From: Bacteroides sp.
GTDB lineage: Bacteria > Bacteroidota > Bacteroidia > Bacteroidales > Muribaculaceae
NCBI GenBank assembly: GCA_014801485.1
Contig: JAAVEC010000019.1
Span: 2,176-66,175, forward strand
Direction of reading: 5' to 3'
DNA length: 64,000 nt
Shown here: positions 28,544-37,765 of the stretch, one piece after another
Numbering within the stretch: the first letter of the stretch is position 1
Layout: every line of letters starts with the position of its first letter
Made by a program: the position numbers and the translations under genes
The notes under the pieces: generated by a model
Seen by the model: only the letters and a program-made list of their open reading frames with translations
Told to the model about the DNA's origin: nothing
Databases searched by the model: none

Positions 28544-29895
28544 AGCTCGCAGATGAGGGTTGCGGATGATGCGTCGGTCACGCGCACGCGCACGGTGTCG
28601 CCGGCGCGGAACGAGCCGCGCGGAAACACGCAGGTCTTGTTCTGGCCCGTGCGTCCCACCCACTGCGCCGTGCTGCGGCGGCTCACACCCTCCACCAGTA
28701 CGTCGAATTCGCGGCCTATGTCGCGGCGGTTGCTGGCGGCGCTCAGCTCGTTCTGCAGCGCTATCATGCGGTTGAGACGGTCGATTTTCACTTCTTCAGG
28801 CACGTTGTCGGGCATGGTGCGTGCCGCCAGCGTGCCGGGACGCTCGGAGTATTTGAACATGAAGGCCGAGTCGAAGCCCACGGTGCGCATCAGGTCGAGC
28901 GTCTGCTCGAAGTCGTCCTCGCTCTCGTCGTGAAATCCCGTGAAGAGGTCGGTGGTGATGGCGCAGTCGGGCATGGCGGCGCGTATGGCTTCGATACGGC
29001 CCAGATACCACTCGCGGGTGTACTTGCGGTTCATGGCCTTGAGCACGGCGTTGCTGCCGCTCTGCACCGGCAGATGCACGTGGCGGCAGATATTGGGATG
29101 CGCGGCCATCACGGCTATGGTGGCGTCGCTCATGTCCTTCGGGTGCGACGTGGTGTAGCGCACGCGCATGTCGGGAGCGCTCTCGGCCACCATGGCCAGC
29201 AGGCGGTCGAAGGTAATGGGCTCGCTGCCGTCGCCCTCGGGGCGATAGCAGTAGCTGTTGACGTTCTGGCCCAGCAGCGTCACCTCCTTGAAGCCGCGGC
29301 TGCGCAGGTCGGCCACCTCGCGCAGGATGCTCTCGGCAGGCCGTGAGCGTTCGCGGCCGCGCGTGTAGGGCACGATGCAGTAGGAGCAGAAATTGTTGCA
29401 TCCGCGCATGATGCTCACGAAGCCGCCCACGCGGGCAGCTCCCAGGCGCGCCGGCACCACGTCGCGATATGTCTCGGTGGTGCTCAGCTCCACGTTGATA
29501 GCCTTCTCGCCGGCCTCGGCGGCGGCAAAGAGCGCCGGCAGGTCCAGATAGGCGTCGGGGCCGGCCACGATATCCACGCCGTGGCGCTCGATGAGCTCGT
29601 GCTGCAGGCGCTCGGCCATGCAGCCGATCACGCCCACGATGAGGCGCCCGTGGCGCTTGCGGCGCATTGAGGCGAGATATTGCAGGCGCGCCACGATTTT
29701 CTGCTCGGCATTGTCGCGTATCGAGCAGGTGTTGAGCAGGATTGCGTCGGCATCAGCCACGTCGTCGGCCATCTCGTAGCCGGCCATCTGCATCACGGAG
29801 GCCACCACCTCCGTATCGGCCACGTTCATCTGGCAGCCGTAAGTTTCTATGAATAAGCGGCGCGGCATTGCACCGTTTGGAGCATTTTCTGTCAT
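28534..29895 (-). CDS. miaB: tRNA-2-methylthio-N6-dimethylallyladenosine synthase
   Basis: TYGCQMN, NTCSIRDNAE, radical-SAM GCNNFCSYC, HLPVQSGS and a TRAM domain. Confidence 0.97.
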   Translation of the reverse strand: MTENAPNGAMPRRLFIETYGCQMNVADTEVVASVMQMAGYEMADDVADADAILLNTCSIRDNAEQKIVARLQYLASMRRKRHGRLIVGVIGCMAERLQHELIERHGVDIVAGPDAYLDLPALFAAAEAGEKAINVELSTTETYRDVVPARLGAARVGGFVSIMRGCNNFCSYCIVPYTRGRERSRPAESILREVADLRSRGFKEVTLLGQNVNSYCYRPEGDGSEPITFDRLLAMVAESAPDMRVRYTTSHPKDMSDATIAVMAAHPNICRHVHLPVQSGSNAVLKAMNRKYTREWYLGRIEAIRAAMPDCAITTDLFTGFHDESEDDFEQTLDLMRTVGFDSAFMFKYSERPGTLAARTMPDNVPEEVKIDRLNRMIALQNELSAASNRRDIGREFDVLVEGVSRRSTAQWVGRTGQNKTCVFPRGSFRAGDTVRVRVTDASSATLICELCE

Positions 29896-29933
29896 TTATT
29901 GCCGAAATATTTGTGCTATTGCACAAGAATCAT

Positions 29934-29951
29934 TAATTTTGTGCAAAATTA
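29934..29951. promoter_or_regulatory. Two overlapping, oppositely oriented -7 elements (bidirectional promoter) between miaB and the CoA-transferase
   Basis: TAATTTTG-TG-CAAAATTA: a TAnnTTTG match on each strand forming a perfect inverted repeat. Confidence 0.6.
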
Positions 29952-30027
29952 CAAAAAAAGCGGCGCATGCACAAGAGATTAACATCCCCCGTGGCATGCC
30001 CACCTGAAAAATACGAACACATTCGCA

Positions 30028-31521
30028 ATGGCATTCAACAACATGACGGCTCAGGAAGCCGCCGAAATGATTAAGAATGGCGATACCATCGGCACCTCGG
30101 GCTTCACAGCCCCCGGCTCGCCCAAAGCCATTTCCCAAGCCCTGGCGCAAATTGCAGAAAATGAGCACGCCGAGGGTCGTGAGTTCAAGATCAACCTCTT
30201 TACTGGCGCTTCCACGAGCGACAAGGTGGATGGTATGCTCTCGCGTGCCAATGCCATCAACATGCGCGCTCCCTACCAGAACGTGCCCGACCTGCGCAAG
30301 CGCATCAACAGCCACGATACGCACTACTTCGACCGTCACCTCTCGGAGATGGCCCAGGAAATGCGCTACGGATTCTACGGCAAGATGGACTATGCCATCA
30401 TCGAGGCTGCCGATGTGACGCCCGACGGCGAAATCATCCTGGGTTGCGGCGTGGGCAACGTGGCCACCTATGCCACGCTGGCCGACAAAATCTTCATCGA
30501 GCTCAACCGGAAGCTGCCCCACAGCCTCCTGGGCATGCACGACGTGTACACGCCCCTGGATCCTCCCCGTCGTCGCGAAATACCCATCTACAGCCCCAGC
30601 GACCGCGCCGGCTCGCCCATCCTCAAGGTCGACCCCCGCAAGATTGTGGGCGTAGTCACCACCGACAGCTACGACGGCGTGAAGCCCTTCACGGCCGTCG
30701 ACGAGGTGAGCAAGCAGATAGGCGGCAACGTAGTGAGCTTCCTCGTGAGCGAATACGAGAGCGGACGCCTGCCCAAGGAGTTCCTGCCGCTGCAGAGCGG
30801 CGTGGGCAACGTGGCGAATGCCGTGCTCTACGACCTGGGCGAAAGCACCCGCCTGCCCAACTTCCAGATGTATACCGAGGTGATCCAGGATGCAGTGCTT
30901 GAGCTCCTCAAGAAAGGCAAGTGCACATTTGCCTCCACCTGCTCCATGACCTTCTCCGACCAGACCGAGGAAGAGCTCTTCCGCGACCTCAAATACTTCC
31001 ACGACAAAATCGTGCTCCGCCCCGCCGAGATAAGCAACAACCCCGAGGTGATACGCCGTCTGGGCGTCATCGCCATGAACACCGCCATTGAAGTCGACAT
31101 CTTCGGAGGCGTCAACTCCACCCATGTACTGGGCACACGCATGATGAACGGCATCGGTGGCAGCGGCGATTTCACCCGCAACGCCTTCCTGAGCATCTTC
31201 TCTTGCCCAAGCGTGTCGAAGGGCGGCGTGATCAGCAACATCGTGCCCATGGTGGCCCACCCGGACCACAGCGAGCACAGCGTAGACATCGTGGTGACCG
31301 ACCAGGGCATCGCCGACCTGCGCCACAAGGATCCCGTGCAGCGCGCCTACGAAATCATCAACAACTGCGCGCACCCCGACTATCGTCCCCTCCTGCTCGA
31401 CTACCTCAAGGCAGGCAAGGGCGGCCAGACTCCCCACACGCTCCGCGCCGCATTCGAGTTCCACAACGCCTTCTCCGAAACCGGCGACATGCGCAACGCC
31501 GACTTCAGCAAGTATCTCTGA
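30028..31521 (+). CDS. Succinate CoA-transferase (acetyl-CoA hydrolase/transferase family)
   Basis: SGFTAPGSPK, TGAST, LQSGVGNVANAV, YTEVIQD, EISNNPEVIRRLG and NGIGGSGDF. Confidence 0.93.
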   Translation: MAFNNMTAQEAAEMIKNGDTIGTSGFTAPGSPKAISQALAQIAENEHAEGREFKINLFTGASTSDKVDGMLSRANAINMRAPYQNVPDLRKRINSHDTHYFDRHLSEMAQEMRYGFYGKMDYAIIEAADVTPDGEIILGCGVGNVATYATLADKIFIELNRKLPHSLLGMHDVYTPLDPPRRREIPIYSPSDRAGSPILKVDPRKIVGVVTTDSYDGVKPFTAVDEVSKQIGGNVVSFLVSEYESGRLPKEFLPLQSGVGNVANAVLYDLGESTRLPNFQMYTEVIQDAVLELLKKGKCTFASTCSMTFSDQTEEELFRDLKYFHDKIVLRPAEISNNPEVIRRLGVIAMNTAIEVDIFGGVNSTHVLGTRMMNGIGGSGDFTRNAFLSIFSCPSVSKGGVISNIVPMVAHPDHSEHSVDIVVTDQGIADLRHKDPVQRAYEIINNCAHPDYRPLLLDYLKAGKGGQTPHTLRAAFEFHNAFSETGDMRNADFSKYL

Positions 31522-31544
31522 ACGATCAATTAGCTTCATAACGC

Positions 31545-31587
31545 CAATCGGCGCCAGGGTTTCTCTCTGGGCGCCGATTGTGTTTTT
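31545..31587 (+). terminator. Rho-independent terminator
   Basis: Stem caatcggcgcc / ggcgccgattg followed by tgttttt. Confidence 0.75.
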
Positions 31588-31669
31588 GCGTTGTTTAGTG
31601 CCGTTTTTCTTGCAATTCTACTGTGTTTTAAGTAGCTTTGCAGCTGCATATTTTATTATATTTACCATT

Positions 31670-32875
31670 ATGCGCCGGATAATCAACCATTTCACCGACG
31701 ACGACCTGTATAAGTTCACGATGTGCTGCGCCGTGATCGACAATTATCCGCGCACGCAGGTGCGCTACAGCTTCATCGACCGCGCCCATAGCGTCTATCC
31801 CCCCGGATTTGCCGAGGCCCTGCGCGAGCAGATCGCCATGCTTGAGAGCGTGGTGATCACGCAGGAAGAAATCGATTTCATGAAGCGCAAGTGCAGCTAT
31901 ATCCCCCACTGGTTCTACAGCTACCTGAAGGGCTTCCGCTACGACAGGCGCCGCGTGGCGGTGGAGCAGGATGCCGACGGGCACCTGAGCGTGGAGTTTG
32001 AAGGTCCTTGGGCCGAGACCATTCTGCTTGAGGTGAAGGTGCTGGCCATCATATCGGAGCTATATTATATAATGACCGGGGAAGCCGCGGGCTTTGATCT
32101 CGACCGCTGCGCGGCCACTGCAGTCGGGAAGGCCGAGCGGCTGCTGGCCGCCGGATGCGTCTACAGCGACATGGGCACGCGCCGCCGCGCCTCTTTTGCA
32201 GTGCAGGACGCCGTGGTGGGTGCGATGGCCGCCCGGGCCCGTGCGATACCGGATGCTCCCGGGCAATTCGTGGGCACGAGCAATGTGTATTTCGCAATGA
32301 AATACGACCTCACGCCCATAGGCACCATGGCCCACGAAATGGTGTGTGCCATCGCCGGCATGTATGGGCCGCTCATGGCCAACCATCTGGCGATGAAAGC
32401 CTGGAGCGGCACCTATCGCGGAGCGCTGGGCACGTTTCTCTACGACACCTATGGCTGGCGCATCTTCAGCCTCAACTTCTCGGAGGATTATGCCAATATG
32501 TTCAAGGGACTGCGCGTGGATAGCGGCGACAATATCGAGCAGCTCGACCTGATCGTCGGGAAATATCGCTCCCTGGGCATCGACCCGGCCACCAAGCAGG
32601 TGATATTCAGCAACGCGCTCGACGTAGACCGTGCCATTGAGCTGCAGCGCCTCGCCGCAGGGCGCTGCAGGCCGTCGTTCGGCATAGGCACGCATTTCAC
32701 CTGCGACCTCCCGGGCGTGCAGCCGCGCAATATCGTGATCAAGCTTGTGGATGTGAAGATCACCGAGTCGTGGCCGTTCTATTCATCCACGTGCAAGCTC
32801 AGCGAAGACCACGGCAAGTACACCGGCGATCCGGCCACCGTGCGCCGCTTCCTCGACACTCTTCACATCGGCTGA
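31670..32875 (+). CDS. pncB: Nicotinate phosphoribosyltransferase
   Basis: TDDDLYKFTM, DMGTRRR, GTSNV, IGTMAHE, GLRVDSGD and FGIGT; TAGCTTTG promoter at 31633; start reassigned. Confidence 0.95.
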   Translation: MRRIINHFTDDDLYKFTMCCAVIDNYPRTQVRYSFIDRAHSVYPPGFAEALREQIAMLESVVITQEEIDFMKRKCSYIPHWFYSYLKGFRYDRRRVAVEQDADGHLSVEFEGPWAETILLEVKVLAIISELYYIMTGEAAGFDLDRCAATAVGKAERLLAAGCVYSDMGTRRRASFAVQDAVVGAMAARARAIPDAPGQFVGTSNVYFAMKYDLTPIGTMAHEMVCAIAGMYGPLMANHLAMKAWSGTYRGALGTFLYDTYGWRIFSLNFSEDYANMFKGLRVDSGDNIEQLDLIVGKYRSLGIDPATKQVIFSNALDVDRAIELQRLAAGRCRPSFGIGTHFTCDLPGVQPRNIVIKLVDVKITESWPFYSSTCKLSEDHGKYTGDPATVRRFLDTLHIG

Positions 32876-33019
32876 GGCAAGGCGGGGACGGCTACAGCAG
32901 CTCCGATTCCTCAACGATGATTTCGGGGAGCTGGTCGTTGTAGAGCCCGAAGATAGTGCCGGCTATCGACAGCACGAGGCATAAGGCTATGAAAATCAGT
33001 ATGGCTTTGGTGGTGCGTT

Positions 33020-33394
33020 TCATTTTTTGTTCAGATATTGAGAGTACATTTCCGCCAGTTCCGCTGCAGTGATGTCGAGAAGCTGCAACTGCTTGAACAC
33101 TCGGTCGATGCCGCCATCGTCGATGAATTGGCGGCGGCGCTGCTCCTTCACCCTCCTGGCACCGTCGGGCGCCACGAAGAATCCCAGGCCGCGCTTGTTG
33201 TAGATCACGCCCAGCGACGAGAGATGATCGTAGGCGCGCATCACGGTGTTGACGTTCACCATCACGCTCGCGGCGTATTCGCGCACGGAGGGAATGCGCT
33301 CGTCGGGCCTCAGGCGCTGCATCACCACGTCGTCGGCGATGGCGTCGGCTATCTGCAGGTAAATTGCTTTGTTCGAGTCGTTGAATTCCATCAC
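33020..33394 (-). CDS. GntR-family (YtrA subfamily) transcriptional regulator
   Basis: AIYLQIAD…IPSVREYA…VNVNTVMRAY…KRGLGFFV with a short C-terminus. Confidence 0.93.
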   Translation of the reverse strand: MMEFNDSNKAIYLQIADAIADDVVMQRLRPDERIPSVREYAASVMVNVNTVMRAYDHLSSLGVIYNKRGLGFFVAPDGARRVKEQRRRQFIDDGGIDRVFKQLQLLDITAAELAEMYSQYLNKK

Positions 33395-34197
33395 ATGCGG
33401 TCGATTATCTCCTGTTCTTTGATGCGGAAGTAGGCCGTGATGAAGCAGAAGAGTGTGAGAATCACGATGCCGGCCATGTAGAAGCGGGGTAGCCAGGTGT
33501 TTAAATCAAGCGTGCCCGTTCCCACCCATGATGCATCGTGGAAGAATCCCACGGTGAAGCCCACAGCAAAGGCGAATATCATTTCTATCACGAAGCATGC
33601 GCCCACGGTCTTCAGGAAGGGATGGCGCGGGAAGAGCGTGCTGCCCAGCGCATACATGGCCTGAGACCCCAGGAAGCTCAGCACAAAAGTGTGGCCTATC
33701 TTATCAGTGATCACGCGGCAACCGCTGATGAAGCTCACGTGGGAGCACGACTCGGCGTTCATGAAAATTGATAGAAGCCACTGACGCACCGCATCGCTGA
33801 TCTCCCAGCACAGGATGGTGACCGCGGCTACGCCTATGATGCTGATGGTGAAGCGCGAGGCGTATTTCTCAAGAGTAGAGGCCGGCGACATTATCTCGTT
33901 GAGACGCTCGCCCGGTGTGGCCCAGCCGGAGAGAAACAGCGAAGCGCCCAGCGTGGTGAACAACGACACTTCAAACCAGCACACAAACGACAGCGCTATC
34001 TTCTGGGCCAGCAGATAGTTCAAGTGGCCGTCCTTATAGGCCACCAAAGTGGCTAAATAGCCCACGAACAGCTCCGAGAGAATCATCACGCCCAGCATGG
34101 CGGCCACGCGCATGAGCCAGCCGTTGCGCTGCATTATGAAGTCGCGGCGCAGCACGGCTGCGAAGCGCGAGGGATCGAATATCTGAGATGTGTTCAT
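33391..34197 (-). CDS. ABC-2-type permease-like membrane protein
   Basis: Multiple transmembrane helices and a PASTLEKY motif; lies between the ATPase and GntR genes with 4-nt overlaps. Confidence 0.75.
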   Translation of the reverse strand: MNTSQIFDPSRFAAVLRRDFIMQRNGWLMRVAAMLGVMILSELFVGYLATLVAYKDGHLNYLLAQKIALSFVCWFEVSLFTTLGASLFLSGWATPGERLNEIMSPASTLEKYASRFTISIIGVAAVTILCWEISDAVRQWLLSIFMNAESCSHVSFISGCRVITDKIGHTFVLSFLGSQAMYALGSTLFPRHPFLKTVGACFVIEMIFAFAVGFTVGFFHDASWVGTGTLDLNTWLPRFYMAGIVILTLFCFITAYFRIKEQEIIDRM

Positions 34198-35042
34198 TGT
34201 TCCGGAAATAAGCGTTTTATGGTTTCGGGTTGCTGAGAAGCCAGTTCAAAGAGGCTTTCGAGGTTGATTTCGGTGTCGTAGCTGCCGTCGTTGGGCAGCA
34301 CGGCCGAAATGCCGCCTATGGCAGGCTGGGCGTAGAGAGCCCGCGAGGCCACCTCGGGGTCGGTGGTGTGCACGAAGGCCAGGCGCGCTGCTATGGCTGC
34401 GGTGGAGGCGTTGAGCAGCACGCTCTCCGGCGAGATTATCAGCACGTGGTCGAGCAGTGTTTCCACGTCGCGCACCTGATGGGTGGAGATGATTATGGTA
34501 CGCTCGTCGGTCATGTTGGCGGCCACGAATCGCCTGAATGCCATCTTGCCGGGGATGTCGAGGCCGTTGGTGGGCTCGTCCATGAGCACCAGCGGCGTGT
34601 TGCAGGCCAGGGCGAAGCTCATATACACCTTCTTGCGCTGGCCCATCGAAAGGCTCGTGAGCTTATAGGGCATTTCGGGATCGATCTCAAAGGTGGTAAG
34701 GTGGCGCTGCATGTCGTCCATGGAGAAGCGCGGATAGAGTGGTGCGTTGATTTCCACGAAGCGCTTCAGGGTGATAGGCGGCAGCGTGAGTTCCTCGGGC
34801 ACGATCATTATGGATTGCAGAGTGTGGGGCAGGCGGCTGCGCGTGGGAGTGCCGTCGAGCTTCACGCAGCCGTGGTCGGGAGTGAGCAGGCCGGCTATGA
34901 GATAGAGCAGCGTGCTCTTGCCCACACCGTTACGGCCCAGTAGCCCGTAGGTGCCACCGGGGATGATTTCCAGCGAGAGATTGTTGATGGTGTCGCGGTT
35001 GCGACCCGGATAACGAAACGAAAGATTGTCGATTTCAAGCAT
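34194..35042 (-). CDS. ABC transporter ATP-binding protein (YtrB-like)
   Basis: GRNGVGKST, LSMGQRKK, LMDEPTNGLD and ISTH; start reassigned to MLEIDNL. Confidence 0.93.
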   Translation of the reverse strand: MLEIDNLSFRYPGRNRDTINNLSLEIIPGGTYGLLGRNGVGKSTLLYLIAGLLTPDHGCVKLDGTPTRSRLPHTLQSIMIVPEELTLPPITLKRFVEINAPLYPRFSMDDMQRHLTTFEIDPEMPYKLTSLSMGQRKKVYMSFALACNTPLVLMDEPTNGLDIPGKMAFRRFVAANMTDERTIIISTHQVRDVETLLDHVLIISPESVLLNASTAAIAARLAFVHTTDPEVASRALYAQPAIGGISAVLPNDGSYDTEINLESLFELASQQPETIKRLFPEQ

Positions 35043-35152
35043 AGTCACAGTAGGCATATTATCAGCAGCAGCACGCTCAGCAAGGCCGTGAGAAACCCCG
35101 ATGAAGCGATAGCGGTGAGTGTGATGGCTGCGGTCAGCATAATTTGATGTAT

Positions 35153-35185
35153 AGTGTAATAGTGTGGTATGACACTGCAAAGGTA
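35153..35185 (-). promoter_or_regulatory. Promoter (TACCTTTG) with an adjacent palindromic GntR/YtrA-type operator
   Basis: AGTGTAATA-N6-TATGACACT (8/9 inverted match, 35153-35176) immediately downstream of the minus-strand -7 element. Confidence 0.7.
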
Positions 35186-35438
35186 TGACACCTTTTTTAA
35201 TTCTCCAAATATTTTCTCAACTTTTTTCGTCCCGCAGGTGTTTTAAGCACTGATACCATCGACTTCACGCGCTTAACATATATTATATGAACGTCGTTGA
35301 GCCATCCCGGGCATGCAGGCGTTATATAGTAAAAGTGATGAAAAAGCATAGCTGCCGCCCGGCGGCAGCGGTTCCCCCTACGTGCCGAGTAGTGATACTG
35401 GGTATTTAGGCTCTCATAAATAAATAGTTGAAACGTGG

Positions 35439-35468
35439 AGAGGAGAGGCAAGCGATTGCCCCTCCTCT
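35439..35468 (-). terminator. Hairpin terminator downstream of the GH operon
   Basis: Stem agaggagaggcaa / ttgcccctcctct. Confidence 0.6.
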
Positions 35469-35515
35469 TTTCATTTTGCTATATTTCAGTGATTTGAAGC
35501 CCTAAGGCGACTGTT

Positions 35516-37765
35516 TCAGTCGTGCCAGGTGAACGATTCCTTGATAGTGAGGGGCAGGCGCGAGGTGATGGCGTCGGATGCGGTGCCCACGAGGATTTCA
35601 AATTTGCCGGGCTCGATGGTCCAGAGCTTGGTGGCCGGGTCGTAGTAGGCAAAGGCTTCTTTCGGAAGATTCAGGCTCAGGGTGGTGGTGGCGCCGGGAG
35701 CGAGTTGCACCTTGCCGAATGCTTTCAGCTCCTTGTAGGGGCGGTCGAGGCTGCTCTTGACGTCGCGCACGTAGACCTGCACCACTTCCGAGCCGCTGCG
35801 GCTGCCGGTATTGGTCACGGGCACGTCCACGGTCACTCCCGAGGCTTCCGTGAACCGGCCGTCGCCGGCGAGCTGCGCTTTGCCCAGGTCGAAGGTGGTG
35901 TAGGAGAGGCCGTGGCCGAAGGCGAAGTTCACGCGCGAAGGCTTGAGACGGTCGGTGTGGCGGTAGCCCACGCCGAGTCCTTCCTTATACCGTACGTCGC
36001 CGTTCACGCCGGGATACATTTCCGCATCGGCCGTGGCGTGGGGAGCATAGTCGGTGAGTTCCTTGGCAAACGTGAACGGCAGCTTGCCCGAGGGATTGAC
36101 GTCGCCGAATATCACGTCGGCAATGGCATTGCCGGCTTCGGAGCCTATGTACCATCCCTGCACCACTGCGGGCACCGCGTCGAGCCAGGGCATGGAATAG
36201 GCGTTGCCGGTGAGGTTCACCACCACGGTGCGGGGATTGGCGGCGGCGAGAGCTTCAATCACTGCGTCCTGATTGTAGGGGAGCGAGAAGGAAGTGCGGT
36301 CGGTCGACTCGGCGTCCTGATGGTCCGACTTGTTGAGGCCGCCCACAAACACCACCATATCGGCCTCGCGCGCGGCCTTTACGGCGTCGGCGATGAGTTG
36401 CTCGGCGCTGCGCTCGTCGTTGAGGTCCTGGCCGGTGGTGACACCGTTGTATTCGCCGGTGACGTCGCCCACGTAGCCGCGCTCGTAGGCCACGTCTATG
36501 CCGCGGCCGGCAGCCAGGGCACGGATGCCGTCGAGGGGGAGCACCTCGCGCTGCACCTTTAGCGACGACGAGCCGCCGCCCACGGTCATCATCTTGATGG
36601 CGTTCTCGCCCACCACGAGCAGCTTCTTCACATCGGCCGGCACGGGCAGCAGGCCGCCATCGTTCTTGAGCAGCACTATGCCCTCGCCGCCTATCTTGCG
36701 GGCAGCGGCGTAGTGCTCGTCGCTGTTGAGCGAGCCGTAGGGGCGATTGCGGTTCATTTCGGTGCGCATTATCAGGCGCAGCACGCGGGCGGCCTTGTCG
36801 TTGAGGTCGCTCTCGGGCAGCCGGCCTTCGAGGATCAGCTTCTCGTAGGGCTTGGCCAGGAAATAATCGTCGTAGGCATTACTGGCGCCCCAGTTGAGGC
36901 CGTTGGTCCATGAGCCGAATTCCATGTCGAGGCCGTTGCGGGCCACCTTATCGGTGTTGTGCACGGCGCCCCAGTCGCTTATGGCCACGCCATCGAAGCC
37001 CCAGTCGCCCTTGAGGATGTCGAGCAGCAGCACGGAATTCTCGCATGCATGGTCGCCGTCGTATTTATTATAGCCGGGCATTATCGACCACGCACCACCC
37101 TCGGTGACGGCCGCCTTGAATCCCGGCAGATAGATTTCGTGGAGCGTGCGGTCGTCCACGAGCACATTCACGTGGTCGCGGTCCACTTCCTGATTATTGA
37201 GCGCGTAGTGCTTCACGCAGGCGGCCACGCCGTTGAGCTGCACGCCCTGCACGTAGGGCACCACCATGCGCGACGTGAGGTAGGGGTCTTCGCCCATATA
37301 CTCGAAGTTGCGGCCGTTCAGGGGCGTGCGGTAGATGTTGACGCCCGGTCCCAGCAGCACATTCTTGTTGCGGTAGCGCGCCTCCTCGCCTATGGAGCGT
37401 CCGTAGAGGGCGGCCATCTCGGGATTCCAGGTGGCGGCCAGGCAGGTGAGGGCAGGGAAAGCCACGCACGAGTCGTTTGTGGCGCCGGCCTGGTCCCATT
37501 CGTCCCAGAGCACGTCGGGGCGGATGCCGTGGGGGCCGTCGGTGCACCATATTCCGGGTATTCCCAGGCGCTGCACTCCCGGCGAGCTGAATTTGCTCTG
37601 GGCGTGAATAATACCTATTTTCTCGGCAAGGGTCATGCGCGAGAGGGCATCCTGCACGCGTGCTTCCAGCGGCTGAGAGTCGTCGAGATACACCGGCGTG
37701 GCGGCTTGCATGACTGCCGCCGAGCATAGCAGGGCGGCGGCCGTAATCTTGGATAATGCGGTCAT
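35516..37765 (-). CDS. GH3 beta-glucosidase (periplasmic)
   Basis: Signal peptide; TDGPHG, RNFEYMGEDP, VKHY, ISDWG nucleophile motif, PSGKLPFTF and a C-terminal FN3-like domain. Confidence 0.95.
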   Translation of the reverse strand: MTALSKITAAALLCSAAVMQAATPVYLDDSQPLEARVQDALSRMTLAEKIGIIHAQSKFSSPGVQRLGIPGIWCTDGPHGIRPDVLWDEWDQAGATNDSCVAFPALTCLAATWNPEMAALYGRSIGEEARYRNKNVLLGPGVNIYRTPLNGRNFEYMGEDPYLTSRMVVPYVQGVQLNGVAACVKHYALNNQEVDRDHVNVLVDDRTLHEIYLPGFKAAVTEGGAWSIMPGYNKYDGDHACENSVLLLDILKGDWGFDGVAISDWGAVHNTDKVARNGLDMEFGSWTNGLNWGASNAYDDYFLAKPYEKLILEGRLPESDLNDKAARVLRLIMRTEMNRNRPYGSLNSDEHYAAARKIGGEGIVLLKNDGGLLPVPADVKKLLVVGENAIKMMTVGGGSSSLKVQREVLPLDGIRALAAGRGIDVAYERGYVGDVTGEYNGVTTGQDLNDERSAEQLIADAVKAAREADMVVFVGGLNKSDHQDAESTDRTSFSLPYNQDAVIEALAAANPRTVVVNLTGNAYSMPWLDAVPAVVQGWYIGSEAGNAIADVIFGDVNPSGKLPFTFAKELTDYAPHATADAEMYPGVNGDVRYKEGLGVGYRHTDRLKPSRVNFAFGHGLSYTTFDLGKAQLAGDGRFTEASGVTVDVPVTNTGSRSGSEVVQVYVRDVKSSLDRPYKELKAFGKVQLAPGATTTLSLNLPKEAFAYYDPATKLWTIEPGKFEILVGTASDAITSRLPLTIKESFTWHD

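Noticed and set aside
35197-35451. 84-aa ORF and a GC hairpin (gctgccgcc/ggcggcagc) in the intergenic region
   Set aside because: Non-ATG start inside a terminator, atypical composition and no motif.
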